41,067 bases of DNA from an uncultured Coriobacteriia bacterium (GTDB taxonomy: Bacteria; Actinomycetota; Coriobacteriia; Coriobacteriales; QAMH01). Of this stretch, positions 1 to 15,000 are shown in pieces (position 1 is the stretch's first letter; every line of letters starts with the position of its first letter). A model generated the notes under the pieces. The model worked only from the letters and a program-made list of their open reading frames with translations. It was not told the origin of the DNA and did no database searches. The DNA lies in the NCBI GenBank assembly GCA_949879855.1, contig CATLBX010000003.1, forward strand, positions 1-41,067. The letters are read 5' to 3'. Both the position numbers and the translations under genes were made by a program.

Positions 1-3000
1 CCCGGCCGCGGCTGGTACCTCGTGGGCTGGGACGTCACCTACGTCACCGGTGACGGCTCGGTCAACACCCAGACCGGTCTCGACGTCAACGCGCCGGCCA
101 CCTTCCAAATCCTCGGTCCCACCACCTTCCTCGCGCGCTGGAAGGAAGCCATCATCGTCAACTACCTGCCGGGCGACCACGCTGCCGACGGCGCCTTCCC
201 CGATCCGGCTGTCGAGAACGAGACGATCTTCACTCACGTGGCTCCGCTGGGTAAGTTCCCCGCCTACGCCAACAGCATCGGCGCGCTGCCCGAGGGTGCT
301 GTGGATGCCGACGGCGCGAGCTGGTACTTCGCCGGTTGGGAGATCCATTGGAAGCTGCGTGGCCAGGAAGGCTACGTGGGCGATGCCGTGAGCATCTTCC
401 AGGTCGACCTCTCCCAGGTCGCCGACCTCACCGTCGTGTTCCCCGGCAAGGCCGAGGGTGACGAGCGCGTCTACGACATCGACGTCATCGCCCTGTGGGC
501 ACCGGCTGACTACTACGTCATCTTCGACGCCAACGAGCCCGAGGGTGCCGATGCCCATACGGGCATCATGCCTCCCAAGCAGGGCTTCCTCTTCGACTCG
601 AAGATCGCGCTCACCAACAACGCCTACGTGGTCAGCGGCTACACCTTTGCCGGTTGGAACACCAAGGCCGACGGCACGGGCACGTCCTATGCCGACGGCG
701 CGGTGACCGGCATCCTCGAGAGCTTCTCCGACTGGTTCAGCACCGATCCCGAGAAGACCCTCAAGCTCTTTGCCCAGTGGACGGCCAAGACCTATGACGT
801 CACCGTCGACCTGCGCGACGGCGCTCCCGGCACCCTTTCCGCCGGCACGAGCGGCGTCAAGGACTTCATCGCCCAGACCATCACCCTGGGCACGGCGAGC
901 CACGTGGTCTACGTCGCCACCGAGACCTACGGCGTGGGCGTGGAATCGGCCATCAACCTGGTCGTCAACAAGGGCTATCGCCTGGCTGGCTGGGAGTGGA
1001 GCGCCGTCAAGGACGATGGCACCACGGTCACCGGCACCGTCACCGTGGACGACGGCGATGCCAACTTCGGCCTCGGCAAGCTCACGGTGCTCGGCACCGT
1101 CACCGCCTACGCGGTCTTCGAGCAGCTCTCCAGCGTGAGCTATCTGCCCGGCGACCATGGCAATTGGACCGGCACGGCCACCACGGGCGGCACCGGTACC
1201 TTCTTCGACGACATTCGCATCGGCTCGGCCGTCCCGACCTTCGGCACCGGCAACGACGCCCTGCTCGTCGACGTTCCCGGTCTGGGCAAGCTGCCCGGCG
1301 CCGATGACGACTCCAACTGGCTGTTCAATGGCTGGCGCGGAAGCGACGGCAAGGTCTATGCCAATTACGTCATTCCCACCGACGTGCTGGTCACCGCCGG
1401 CGGCATGACCTTCACGGCCCTGTGGGTGGCCAAGGACCAGACCCTCACGCTCAACGCCAACGGCGGCGCGTTCGCCAACGGCACCGCCGACACCATCACG
1501 GCCATCGCCAAGACCGACGTCACCCTGCCCGGCACTACCGACGTCGTGCTCACCGGTTGGATTCTCGACGGCTGGTCGCTCGCGGCCGGTGGCGCGATCC
1601 TCTACGCGCCGGGCGAGACCATCAAGATGCCCACGGCTCCCACTACGCTGTTCGCGCATTGGAAGCAGGACTACGTCGAGGTCTCCTACGAGGTCAAGGC
1701 CGACGGCTCCAACTACTACGGCCACATCACCGGCCCGGCTGGCGCCGGCAACGGCATCGTGTGGGTCGAGCAGACGGTCTCCGACCCCCGCGGCACCTAC
1801 GTGCCGGCCTACGCCGATCCCTCCTACGACAAGCTCGTCAACATCAAGGGCACCCAGTCGCTGTCCGCCGTCTCCGGCGACGCGCTCGACCCGGCCAACC
1901 TCTCCAACATGCTCTACGCCGGTCCGTTCACCCTCACCGCCAACGCCTTCGAGGGCTACCGCTTCGTGCGCTGGGTCGATGAGGACGGCAACGAGGTTTC
2001 GACCAATCCCTCGCTGCTCGTCACGCGCGACACCCTCACTGGTCGCTACAAGGCGCATACCTACTACGCGATCTTCGCCGAGCTCGAGAGCGTCACCATC
2101 GACTACACCGTCTCCGACAGCAACGTCGTGTGGGTCGACTTCGCGACCGAGGCCGTGCCCCCCGTCTCCGGTAACCCGCGCACCAACGTCGCCCATGTCT
2201 CGGCCGGCTACGTGATCGAGGGCTGGTACGACGCCGCGGGCAACAAGGTCGGCAGCGGCGACAGCTTCACGCCGAGCCGCGGCGCCGACGGCATGTACGT
2301 CGCCGGCTCCTACGTCGTGCGCGTCATCCCCAAGACCGACACGCCGTTCGTCATCGAGTACTGGCTGCAGGACACCACCGGCGCCTTCGTCAAGGATGCC
2401 GCCTCCACCGTCAACGGCACCGGCTCCACCGACCTCGTGCTCACCATCAACGCCGACGGCACCATCTCTGGCGTGCCCGCCGACGGCGTCATCACGCTGC
2501 CTGCCGGCAACCTCATCCTGAGCTTCGCCGGCCACAGCTTCAGCGCCTCGGCCTCCACGCTCACCGGTGCCATCGCCGCCGACGGCAGCCTGGCGCTCAA
2601 GCTCTACTACACCAACAACACGCTCACCAACCCGACCATCATCTACAACGCCGGTACGGGCGGCTCGGTCACGCTCGGCAGCGAGCAGATCGACATCACC
2701 GTGACGCCCATCCCGTCGCCCATCGGCTCCACGCCCGTCGCGGCTCCCGGCTACCAGTTCAGCCACTGGCAGGTGGGTGACGACCCCGACATGCAGCTGA
2801 ACATCGGCATCTCCTCGCTCTTCACCCCGCCCACGCCCGATGGCGGCTGGCTCGAGAAGACCGTGTACGCCTACACGGCCATCTTTATCGAGCTTCCGTC
2901 CATCACCATCAACTACGTCGCGGGCACCGGTGGTAGCGTCTCGCTCGGAAGCGAGAGCGTGAGGCCCGCCACGGGCACGCCCGCCGGCTCCCTTGCCACG

Positions 3001-6000
3001 GCCAACTCCGGTTACGCGTTCGACCACTGGGAAGACGAGTTCGGCAACGTCGTCATGTACGACGCCACCAACAAGGCCCCGGCGCACCTCGTGCCGCCGC
3101 GCAACGCCGACGGCGTCTTCGTCGCGACCACCTACACGGCCATCTTCGTCGCCCTGCCCGTCGACTACACGGTGCAGCATTACAAGGTCGACCGCTACGG
3201 CAACGTGACGCTCGTCAGGACCGATACCGACCAGGCCTACGCCGGCACCACCGTCACCGCCACGCCCATCGACACCACCGCCGACGGGCTGTGGGCCGGC
3301 TACACCTACGCGCCCGGCCACTCTGGCGAGGTCTCCGTCGGCGTCGTCATGGTCAACCCCACGCTCGTCCTCAAGCTCTACTACACTGCCAACTCCGACA
3401 CGCCCTACGTCGTGTATCGCTACCAGCTCGACGGCAACGGCGTGTTCACGCAGCTGCCCAGCGAGAGCTACACCGGCTACACCGACGACACCGTCACCAC
3501 GACGCCCAACGTGCCGGTCGGCTACCAGCTCGTCGCCGACGGCACCTACGCCTCCGGCATCCTGGCCGGCATCCCGACGCAGCTCGCCACCCAGCTCGCC
3601 GGCATGTTCACCGGCGACGGCAAGCTCGTCCTCATCCACGTCTTCGAGGCCGTCAAGGTCCAGTACGTCGTCAACTACTGGAAGATTCCGGGCTCGGCCC
3701 TCACCCAGGGCGACCCGCTGTCCTTCAAGGCGCCGGCCGCGCCGAGCCAGACCTTCTACGACTACACGGGCGTGAGGGTCACGGCCGTGCCGCCTTCCAT
3801 CCCCGGCTACACCTACGTGCTGCCCAGCGCCCATCGCGAGATGTACCCCAGCGTCGACACCGGCGTGGTGCTCGGTGACGGCACGCTCGTCCTCAACCTC
3901 TACTTCGAGGCCGACTACCACACGCTCACCCTCGTTCCCAACACGGGTGCCGGCGCGGGCACCTGGGCACCCGGTTACTCGGCCTTCGGCTCGACGCTGC
4001 TGCGCAGCGAGACCGAGACTACGCTGCCCACCACCACGCACCTGCGCAATCCCGGCTACACCTTCAAGGGCTGGGCCACCGAGAACGGCGGGGCCGTCGT
4101 CCACGCCCCCGGCGCGACCATCGCCATCGGTACGGCCGACATCACGCTCTACGCCGTGTGGGAGGCCAACACCGATACGCCCTACACCATCGAGCGCTAC
4201 CAGCTCAACGCCGATGGCACCATCACCAAGCTGCCCAACCTGACGGGCACGGGCACCACGGGCGAGTCGGTCACCACCGTGCCGGTCGCTCCCGATGGCT
4301 ACCAGGTTCCCACCACCGACTACATCACCGGCCTGTGGGACGGCAACCCGGTCTACCGCATCGACGAGATTCTCACCGGCGTCATCACCGGCGACGGCAA
4401 GCTCAAGCTCGTGCACGTGTTCATCCCCGTGGCGGGCAACTACGTCGTGAAGATCTTCAAGGTCGATGGCATGGGCAACGCCATCCAGGTCGACGTGGAC
4501 GGCAACGAGCTGGCCGCGGGCGACGTGCTGCTCGAGGGCTACAAGCATGCCGGTGCCGTCGGTTCCAACGTCATCGTCGACTCCGCGAGTGCCACCGACA
4601 CCCCCGGTTTCATCTACCACGCCTACGCTTCCAACCCGCCCCGTGGCTACAGCTACCTGGGCGATGCCGTGAGCTTCGTTGTCAACGGCAAGACCTACCT
4701 CACCATCGCCTCGGGCGTGATCGGCGACCAGACCCTCGAGCTCGTCATCTACTTCGAACCCAACACCTACGAGCTCACCTACGTCACCGGCGATCCCACC
4801 GATCCGGATGCGGGCAAGTGGGTCGGCGCGGGCGACTCCTCGCCGGCCACGCAGTTCGGCTACGAGCTCAACGTGCCCGCCAACGGCACGCTGGCCGTGG
4901 TCACCCGCACGGGCTACGAGCTTCTGGGTTGGACCACCGTCGCCACCTACAGCGTGCGCGCCGATGGCACCATCGTCGCCGCCGGCACCGACGGCCTCGA
5001 CGTCAAGGAAATCGTGAACGCCCGCGGCCAGGAGGCCATCGACGTCGCCACCTGGCTCGCCACCCTGGCGGCCGGCACCTACTACGCCGCGGGCGACACC
5101 TTCAAGATGCCGGCCAACGACATGAGCCTCTACGCGGTGTGGACGCCCACGCTCACCAACTACTACGTGAACCGCTACAGCGTGGCCAAGGATGGCTCGG
5201 TCACCCTCATCGACTCGGTGACGCGCACCGCTCCCACCCACACCACGGCTGCGGCCACCGATGCCGACAAGGAGATCGTCGGACAGTTCTACCGCGTCCC
5301 GGGTGGCGCGGAGCCGTCCAGCATCGACTCGGTGCTCATCACGCCCGATGGCCTGGCCATGATCAAGCTGTACTTCGACGTCACCGCCGACACCGAGTAC
5401 ACGGTCGAGTTCCTGCGCTACACGGGCACCGGTCTCATCGAGCCCATCAACGCCTTCAAGGCCAACGCGACGAGCGCGGGCGGCGCGGCCGTCTACGACG
5501 AGACCGCCACGGCCAATCCGTCCGGTGCCGACACCAACATGCTGCTGTTCAGGGGCTACGCCAACACGCGTATCTACGTCGACCAGAACGGCACCGACAC
5601 GCAGCTCATCTACTACAACAACTGCCTGGCCAAGATCGCGGCGGCCGCCATCACCGGCTACGCCTACGATGCCACCTTCTCCACCGTCATCGACGGCAAG
5701 ACCTACACCACGATGGCCACGGGCATCATCGGCGCCGGCGGCGCCCTCAAGCTCACGCTCGTCTTCGCCGCGCAGCAAAACGACCTCATCTACGATGTGA
5801 ACGCCGCCGAGGATGCGGCCAAGGGCAACGCCGGCTGGGTCATCTCCGACCAGTCGCCCAAGCCCGCCCCGCGCACCGGCAGCACCGTCACCCTGCCCGA
5901 CGCCACGACGCTGTACCGCTTCGGCTATGTCTTCGGTGGCTGGAACACCATGGCCGACGGTTCGGGCGACACCTATGCGGCCGGCGCGAGCTTCGTCACC

Positions 6001-9000
6001 GGCAACACCGCCCAGACGCTCTACGCCGTGTGGACGCCGGGCAACGCCGACTACTTCATCGACTACTACAAGGTGCGCGGCGATGGTACCGTCGAGCTCT
6101 ATGATTCCGTGATCCTGACGGGAATCACGGAGCGGACCGTGACCGTCACCGACGAGCAGAAGAACTACCGCATTCCCGAGGGTTACGCCTATGCCGCCGG
6201 CCATAGCGGCGAGGTCCTTTCGGGCGTCGTTACCGGCTGGTCGGGCAACAGGGCGGGCGACACCTCGGGCGCGCTGCACCTCAAGCTCTACTACGAGCCC
6301 ACCAACAGCACCGAGTACCGCGTCGTGCGCTGGGCCGCCACCGGTGACGGCAAGCTCGTGGCCGTCGACGCCAACGGCAACCTCAACTTCGACATCGCCC
6401 TCGAGCCCACTGCCGACGGCAGGCTCGTGCAGCTCGACGCCAAGGGCAATCCCGTTGCCTGGCTCAACGCCGACGGCACGCAGTACGTCATCACGTCCAC
6501 CGAGCATCGCCAGGTGTTTGATGCCGACGGCAATCCCGTCCGACAGCCCGTGATCGGCGAGGACGGCAACCCCGTCAAGGACGAGAGCGGAAACGTCGTC
6601 TACGAGGACGTCTACGAGGACGTTACCGTCTACAACGTCCAGTACCGTTATTGGTCGCTTCTGCCCAACGGCTCCGTCGTCCCGCTGGACGTGGCCGGCA
6701 TCGTCGACGCGACCTTCGGTGCGAAATTCCTCGATGGCAATGGGTGCATCACCTCCACGCTCGACGGCGTCACCTACCACCTGCCGGCGTTTGCCACGCC
6801 GTTCCTCATCGTGCACGCCAACGGCAAGGCCGACGCCATGGCCAATGCCGCCGCGACGACCGATGAGGTCACGGCCAATCCCAACGTCAACGCCCACGAT
6901 AACGTCGCGATCCAGGGCTTCGAGTTTCTGGTGCACGGTTCCACGACGCGTCTGGGCGATGCCGCCGAGACCAAGGTCACGACCGTGGCCCAGGGCTCCA
7001 TCGCCGCCGACGGCAGCCTCGTGCTCACGCTCTACTACTACGCGGTGCGCTCCATGCTCACCTTCGACCCGGGCACCGGCGCCGATGGCAGCACCGTGGG
7101 TAGCTGGTTCAATGGCGAGGACCTTTCGGCCGAGTACATGCCCAACGAGGTCGTGACGCTGCCCACCGGCACCAACCTGCGCCGTCCCGGCTACACGCTC
7201 GCCGGTTGGACCACCATCAAGAACTTCGTCGAGAACATGGGGACAGACCCCCGCTTCTCGATCGGCTCCGACGGCGACAGCCTCGTGGGCGTCGCCATGG
7301 GCCAGACGGCCATCGACCTGCAGGCCTGGCTCGCGACGCTCGGTGGCCAGTACTTCACCACCACCTTCACGATGCCGCGCGGTGCGACCACGCTGTATCC
7401 GGTGTGGCTGCCGCGCAACGACACCGTCTACACCGTCGAGTACTACAAGCATCGCGGCGATGACACCGTCGTGCTCGATGCCACCGTCCAGTACACGGGC
7501 ATGACCGATACGCTCGCCAAGGCCGGCCTCGTCTCCACGGGCATGGTCGACGGCGTCGCGGTCGATGACGTGAACCGCTACGGCACGGCCTTCTACAAGC
7601 TCGTCGACAAGGACGGCAATCCCGTCCTCACGGTGACCGACAAGAACGGCAAGGTCTGGACGGCGCTTCTCAGCTTCAACATCGCCGCCGACGGCTCCAC
7701 CGTCCTCAAGGTCATCTACGAGGCCCAGGAAATCGACTACACCGTCATCTGGTACAAGTTCACCGGTAACGAGGCCTTCGTCGAGGCCAAGACCGAGACG
7801 CGTCGCGGCCTGGTCGACGGCCCCGTGTCGGTCACCGATGCCGACCTCAAGGTCGCCTTCGACGGCTACAAGTACTATCCCGGCTTCTCGCTCAGGGGCC
7901 AGCGCGAGCTCCTCTCCGCCGACATCGCCTCCGACGGGTCCACCATCCTCAAGATCTTCTACGAGGCCCAGGACGTCACGCTCTTCCTCGACCTCGGCAG
8001 CTTCGGTGCCTGGTCGGGCCAGGAGCACGACGCCGACAAGTACAAGGCCGACCGTACGGTCAAGCTCTCCACGCTCGTCGAGCGCCCCGGCTATGACTTC
8101 ATCGGCTGGGCTTCCATCGCCGACGGCAAGGATACGAAGGGCAGCGCTTCGATCACGTTGGCCGATGCGATGCTCAAGGCGCTCAACGACGCCATCGCCG
8201 CCGGCACGACGACGCTCGATGCCAACGGCAACATTGTGTTCGCCTATGATGGCTCCGGCATCACCCTCATCCTCGCCAGCGGCGACGGCAACTACACGCT
8301 CGGCGCCGTCAACGTCACGCTCTATGCGGTGTGGAAGGCGCGCAACGATAGCGTCTACACCGTGCAGCACTACCGCGTCACCGGCGACGGCACGCTCAAG
8401 CCGGTCATCACCGATACCTACACGGGCATCACCGACGATCCCATCAACGTCAGCGCCGAGCATTACGACTACGTGGCGGGCACGGGCAACACGGCGGGTA
8501 ACGTCGCCGCGTTCCAGGGCTACGCCTACGCCCCCGGCTTCAGTAAGGTAATCGGGGGACAGACCCTCGCCGAAATCGCCGCGGGCACGATCCTCGCCGA
8601 CGGTTCCCTCGTGCTCAAGCTCTATTACGAGGCCATCGACCAGTCCATCACGCTCAACACCGGCGCGGGCGCGTGGAACGGTAGCGAGAACTTCTACAAC
8701 GCCACCTGGAACGCGGACAAGACGCAGGGCGTCGATAACACCGTCAAGACCGAGACGACGCTCACCGTTCCGAGCCGCGATTCCGCATCGCGTCCGGGCT
8801 ACACGCTCGTCGGATGGACGACGATTACCACCTACGACATCGTGGGCGGCAAGATCACCGCCGGCTCGCGTTACAACATCGCCGACGCGACCGGCCAGAC
8901 CGCGCGCGACGTGGTTGCGTGGCTCGAGAGCCTCAACGCCGCGCTCGCCGCCAATCCCATCACGGGGGGGACAGACCCCAACGCCGGACGCCAGTACTTC

Positions 9001-12000
9001 GCCTGCGGCACTTCCTTCGTGCTGCCGGCCGGTGGTGCGACGCTCATCGCCGTGTGGCAGGCCAACACCAACACGACCTACACCGTCGAGCACCATAAGC
9101 TCGTGATGGATGCCGCCGGCAACGTCGTCGACACGATCGTGCTCACCGAGAACCTCACCGGCATCACCGACGAGCAGGTCACGGGCATCGCCCAGACCTA
9201 CGCCGGCTACACCTTCGTGGCCAACGGGCAGACGGCCTACCCCGGCCAGGCCTACGTGACCTTCGCCCAGGGCACCATCGCCGGTAACGGCAGCCTCGTG
9301 CTCAAGCTCTACTACCGTGCCAACACCAACACGAAGTACACGGTCGAGCGCTGGATCGCGAGCGCCGACGGCAAGCAGCTCACCAAGGTCGACGAGAAGG
9401 TCCTGACGGGCACCACTGACACCTCCGTCACGCCCGGCTCCACCAATCCGCTGGGCTACACCCTCGATAACAGCTTCGTGCCCTCCACGATCTCGGGTAC
9501 GGGCGCGTGGCCCAACGCGGCCATTCCGACCGCCATCATCGCCGGTGACGGCACCACGAGGATCATCCAGTTCTACGTGCCCATCGACGTGCTCTACACC
9601 GTCGAGTTCTATCGCTACACCGGTGACGGCAAGGTCCTGCCCTTCAATGGCTTCGAGGCCAGCGCCGGCAAGAACTACGCCGAGTTCATCGCCGGAGGGT
9701 CTGTCCCCGTCTTCATCGCTGGCACCTCCACCGGTGCGGCCACCAACGTGATCAAGGGCTGGGGCAAGACCTCCTCGACGCTGTCGGTCGACCGCCCCGC
9801 CGGCATCAGCGCCTCGGCCGGATTCACCTACGCGCACCTCAACCTCTCGGCCGCCGAGAACGCCAACTTCATCGGCTACACCTATGACGAGGCCTTCGAG
9901 CAGGTCATCGGTGGCGTCACGTACAAGACGATCGCCCAGGGCGTCATCCTCGCCGACGGCAGCCTGGTGCTGAAGCTGTTCTACGTGCCCGAGACGCTCT
10001 CGGTCACCTACAACACCGGCAGCGCCTCCACGACGGTCACCTTCCAGAAGAACCACACGTCGGAGTCGACCTTCAAGCTGCCGCTCGAGACCACCGAAGG
10101 TCCGGTCGTCGACCGCGCCGGGTACACGCTGGTGGGCTGGACCGTCGCGAGTCACTACACCGGGTCGGGCACGGCCGAGAGCCCGTTTGCGCTGGCCGCC
10201 GCCAACGCCGCCGGCGCCAAGTCCATCAGCGCCGCCACCGGCTACGAGGCCCAGCGCCTCGCCGCCTGGCTCGCAACGTTGGGGACAGACCCCGACTTCG
10301 CGACGCATTGGGGACAGACCCTCACGCCCGATCTGGCCGCCCAGATGGGCAAGACCTACTACGCTCAGGGCTCGTCCTTCAAGATCGGCGTGCTGTCGAT
10401 GAACCTGTACGCGGTCTGGACGCCCACGGGCACCACCGAATACACGGCCGACATCTACAAGATCAAGGGCGACGGCACGATGGAACTCGTCGGCACCAAG
10501 ACCTACACCAACGGCGTTGCCGACGAGGACACCAACACGCTGGCCAAGCTGCCTGCCCAGAGCAGCGCGGACGTCTACGACAAGTCGCTCGACACCGAGT
10601 TCGGCCTGGCCGGCTATCGCTGGGTCGCCTCCACCGAGGATGGCCAGACCATCGACGCCGGCATGCCGGCCAACACCATCGCCCACGCCATCGTCAGCGC
10701 CAACGGCACCACCAAGCTCATCTTCATCTTCAGGGCCATCGAGGTCGAGTTCCAGGTCAAGCGCTACCGCGTCGACGGCGACGGCAACATCATCGAGGTC
10801 GATGTCGACGGCAATGACATCACCGACGATGCCACCGCCAAGCGCTTCACGCACAAGGGTCTCACCGACGCCAACGTCAACGTGACCGCCACGGCCGATG
10901 ACATGGCCGGCACCGATGCCAGTGGCTTCAAGGGCGGCTGGTACTACTTCATCGACAACCTCGACAACGTCGGCATGGTCACCGCTCTCGACGGCAGCCT
11001 CATCGCGGCCTTCACCTATGACGCGACCTACGCCGGCAACCTGTCCACGGGCGTCATCGCCGGTGACGGCAGCCTCGTCCTCAAGCTCTTCTACCTGCCC
11101 GGCAACTTCACCTTCGCGCTGGATCCCGGTGCCGGCACGTGGGGGACGGACCTCTTCGACGCGGCCCAGACCCAGGAGGGCACGCTCGAGACCACGACGA
11201 GCATCTGGTATCGCCACTACGGTGCCAGCACCACCATCACGCTTCCCACGGCCAGCGAGCTCACGCGCGAGGGCTACGTGCTCGCGGGCTGGATGGTCGG
11301 CAACGACGTCGAGAACGCGATGCGCTTCGACGTGCTCGGTCCGGTCATCACCTACACCATGCCGGTGGGCGAGGTCATGCTCAGGCCGATTTGGACCGGC
11401 CTCGAGACGGCCTACATGGTCTATCACGTCAAGGTGCGCGGCGACGGCACGCTCGAGTACTACATCGGCTCCAACAAGGTGGCCGCCGGCACCGGCGAGA
11501 TCGTCCGCGGCACCACCGGCCTGACCGCGCAGGTGACCGCCAACAGCTACGCCGGCTACGAGGCCATCGCCGACCTCGTGAGCTACACCTACGTTGGCGC
11601 CGACGGCATCAGCCACACGGTCACGACGGCCGCCAACGTGCTCATTGAGTGGGGCGGCGCCTTCGACGGTGTCAACAAGGGCAAGACCGCGGTCTACATC
11701 TACTACAAGCCGCTCGTCGTGAAGTACACGGTCGAGCACTGGGCCATCTCCGGCGACGGCACGCTCTACGCCATCGACGCGGACGGCAACCTCCTGCGCG
11801 ATGCCAACGGCAACCTCGTGGCGAGCCCCAACGCCGTGCGCGGCGAGCACGAGGGCTACTCTGACGCCCACATCTACGTCCTAGGGTCTGTCCCCGCTGA
11901 TGCGGTCGCGGGCACCTACACGACCTATAGCCCCTGGAGCATCGCCGGTTACGAGTACGTGCTCGGCACCATCGCGAGCATCAACGGCAAGGGTCCGTGG

Positions 12001-15000
12001 ACCGATGGCATGCTGACGAGCGGCATCTACGTCGCGCCCGACGGCACGCTCGTCCTCAAGCTCTACTACGTCGCCAAGAACCTGACGCTCACCTACGACC
12101 CGGGCGCCAACGGTTCCATCACCGCCGGTGGCAATCAGGGGACAGACCCCGTCGATGTCACGCATCGCGCCGACCACACCTTCAAGCTGCCCGCAGCCAC
12201 CGATGAGAAGCTCACCGTGAGCCGTCCGGGCTACGTGCTCAAGGGCTGGACGACGCTCATGAGCTACGGCGTCGCCGCCGATGGCAGCATCGTCTCGGCC
12301 GATACCGCCGGCGCCATCGTCAAGCTCATCGCCGACGCCAAGGGCGCCGAGGCCGAGGCCGTCATCGCCTGGCTCGAAAAGCTGGGGACAGACCCCCAGG
12401 GCCGTCCGTACTACTACCTCAACGGCGCGACCTTCCTCATGCCCACCGCCAACGAGACCCTGTACGCGGTCTGGACGCCGCGCTCCGACATCGTCTACAC
12501 CGTCGAGCACTGGCTCATCACCGGCGATGGCACCTTCTCGCCGCTGGACAAGAACGGCAACGTCATCCGCGACGCCAACGGCGCGCTCGTCACCGGCACG
12601 CCCAACACGAGCGCCGACGCCTCCGACACCACCAACGCGGCCTACCGCGTCACCTACAACAACGGCAAGTCCGACGTCGTCTTCGACCTCGACGCCATCG
12701 GCGGCTACACCCGCACGGTCGCCGGCTACACCTACCTGCTCAACAACGCGAGCTTCACCATCGCGGGCGCGACGGGCACCACCTACGCCGTGAAGACGAT
12801 CAGCGCCGACGGCAAGACGGTCTTCTACCTGTTCTACCGTGCCAACGAGAACACGATCCGCTTCGAGGTCGGTTCGCTCGGCACCATCGACGGCGGCACG
12901 CTCGACGCGACCGAGAACGTCAACTTCATCACGCAGAAGCACTACACCGACGACAGCTTCGACCTGGCAGATGTTCCCACCCCGACGCGTCCCGGCTACG
13001 ACTTCCTCGGCTGGACCATCGCCGACAAGAAGGGGACAGACCCCATCAACGACGCGATGGGCTACACCGCCCAGCAGATCGTCACCTGGCTCGAGGCCCA
13101 GAACGCGGGCAAGGGGACGTACCTCAAGCTTTTCTTCAAGTCGGGCACGAACTTCACCTACCTCACGCCGACCGGCGACATCATCCTGCGCGCCGTGTGG
13201 ACGCCGCAGCTCGTCGACTACACGATCAATCGCTGGAAGGTCACCGGTAACGGCGACAAGGTTGAGCTCGACTCCGTCACCTACAAGGGCTACGCCGACA
13301 CCGAGGTCCGCTTCGATGCCGCCAAGACCGAGTACAAGGACGGCATCACTTACCTCAAGGTCGACGTGCCCACGGGCTATCGCTTCCTGGCCGCGGGTAC
13401 GAGCGAGATCTACACCGGCACCAACAAGCTGACCCAGTCGTTCAGGACCGACGCCTACGGCAACGTCCTTCCCAACGGCACGGCGAAGTTCACGCTCTGG
13501 TACCTGCCGAAGACCTTCAAGCTCGAGCTCGAGCTCGGCACCTTGGGTACCTGGAACGACACCACGACGGGCACCAACACCGGCACGCTGAAGACCGTCG
13601 AGTATGACGCGGAGTCCGTCCACGAGATGCTCGGCTACCTCTCCGCGAGCCGTCCGGGCTATACCCTCGTTGGTTGGTCGTCCAGCGACTTCAGCGCGCT
13701 CAAGGGCGAGGCGTCGCAGGCCAAGTGGCTCGAACTCGCCGCCTCGGTTGTCGGCGCGGACTGGGTGCGCGTCACCACGGTCCTGAAGTCCGATGCCACG
13801 GGCACGTCGCTGACCGGCTACACCTACGCCTACATCGCCAACAGCTACGAGAACATCAAGTACATGTACACGATGGGTCTCGCGGGCGTGAAGTTCTACG
13901 CCGTGTGGCGCGCCAACGACGACACGGTCTACTACGTCGACCACGTCCGCTGGGAGGGCAACAGCACCGCCAAGACCACCATCACCGAAGAGTTCCGCGG
14001 CATGACCGACAAGAACTACACGGCCACCCCGTTCAACACCATGCTCGCCGATCCGCGCTTCAACACCAGCTTCACCGGCTACGGCTACAACGGCACGGAT
14101 CCCAAGCCCAGCACGGCCACGAAGGCGGTCACCGGCGACGGCACCATGCGCATCACGCTCAACTACTTCGCCCAGAAGCTCAACCTCACGCTCGAGTCCA
14201 CCGGCGGCACCTGGTCGACGACCTGGAATCCCGAGCACCTGACCGAGTCGAGCTTCAACCTGCCGACCAACGCCGACATCAAGCGCCCGGGCTACACGCT
14301 CGTGGGCTGGTCGACCACCAATCCCGACGATGGCCTGACTGGCAACATCAAGGGCCTCGCCTCGCAGGTCAAGGCCGGCCAGCTCGCGGCGATCACCGGC
14401 AACGACACCGCCAACGGCGGCGCCAACTGGATCACGGTCGCCACGACTTCCGACGGCAAGACCTACGTCTTCGTCACGCCGGGCTACAAGATGCCAACGA
14501 GGGGACAGACCCTGTACGCCGTCTGGTACGCCAACAACGACACGAAGTACGCGGTCGAGCGCTGGGTCGTCTCCGGTGACGGCGTCCGCTACGCCCTCAA
14601 GGCCGACGGCACGCTCGAGCGCGACGCCAACGGCCTGCTCGTGACCAGTGACAAGGCCGACAGCGCTCATTCGCTGAGCTACGTGGGCACCACCGACGAG
14701 GAGGCGTGGGCCGACGCCATCGACGGCTCCATCGTCTACCGCACGAACGACACCCTGCTCACCATCACCGGCTACGCCTATGCCGCCGATGGCGAGACGA
14801 TCGTCGCCAAGGACGGCGTCGTGACGATTGGGGGACAGACCCTCAAGACCGACGCCCGCGCGACCATCACCGGCGACGGCAAGATGACCCTCGTGCTCTA
14901 CTTCAAGCCGCTGCAGTTCACGCTCGACTTCTACATCGGCGCGACGAGCACGCCCAACCTGAGCGCCACGCCGGCGCGGGCCACGCTCTATGCCGACCAG

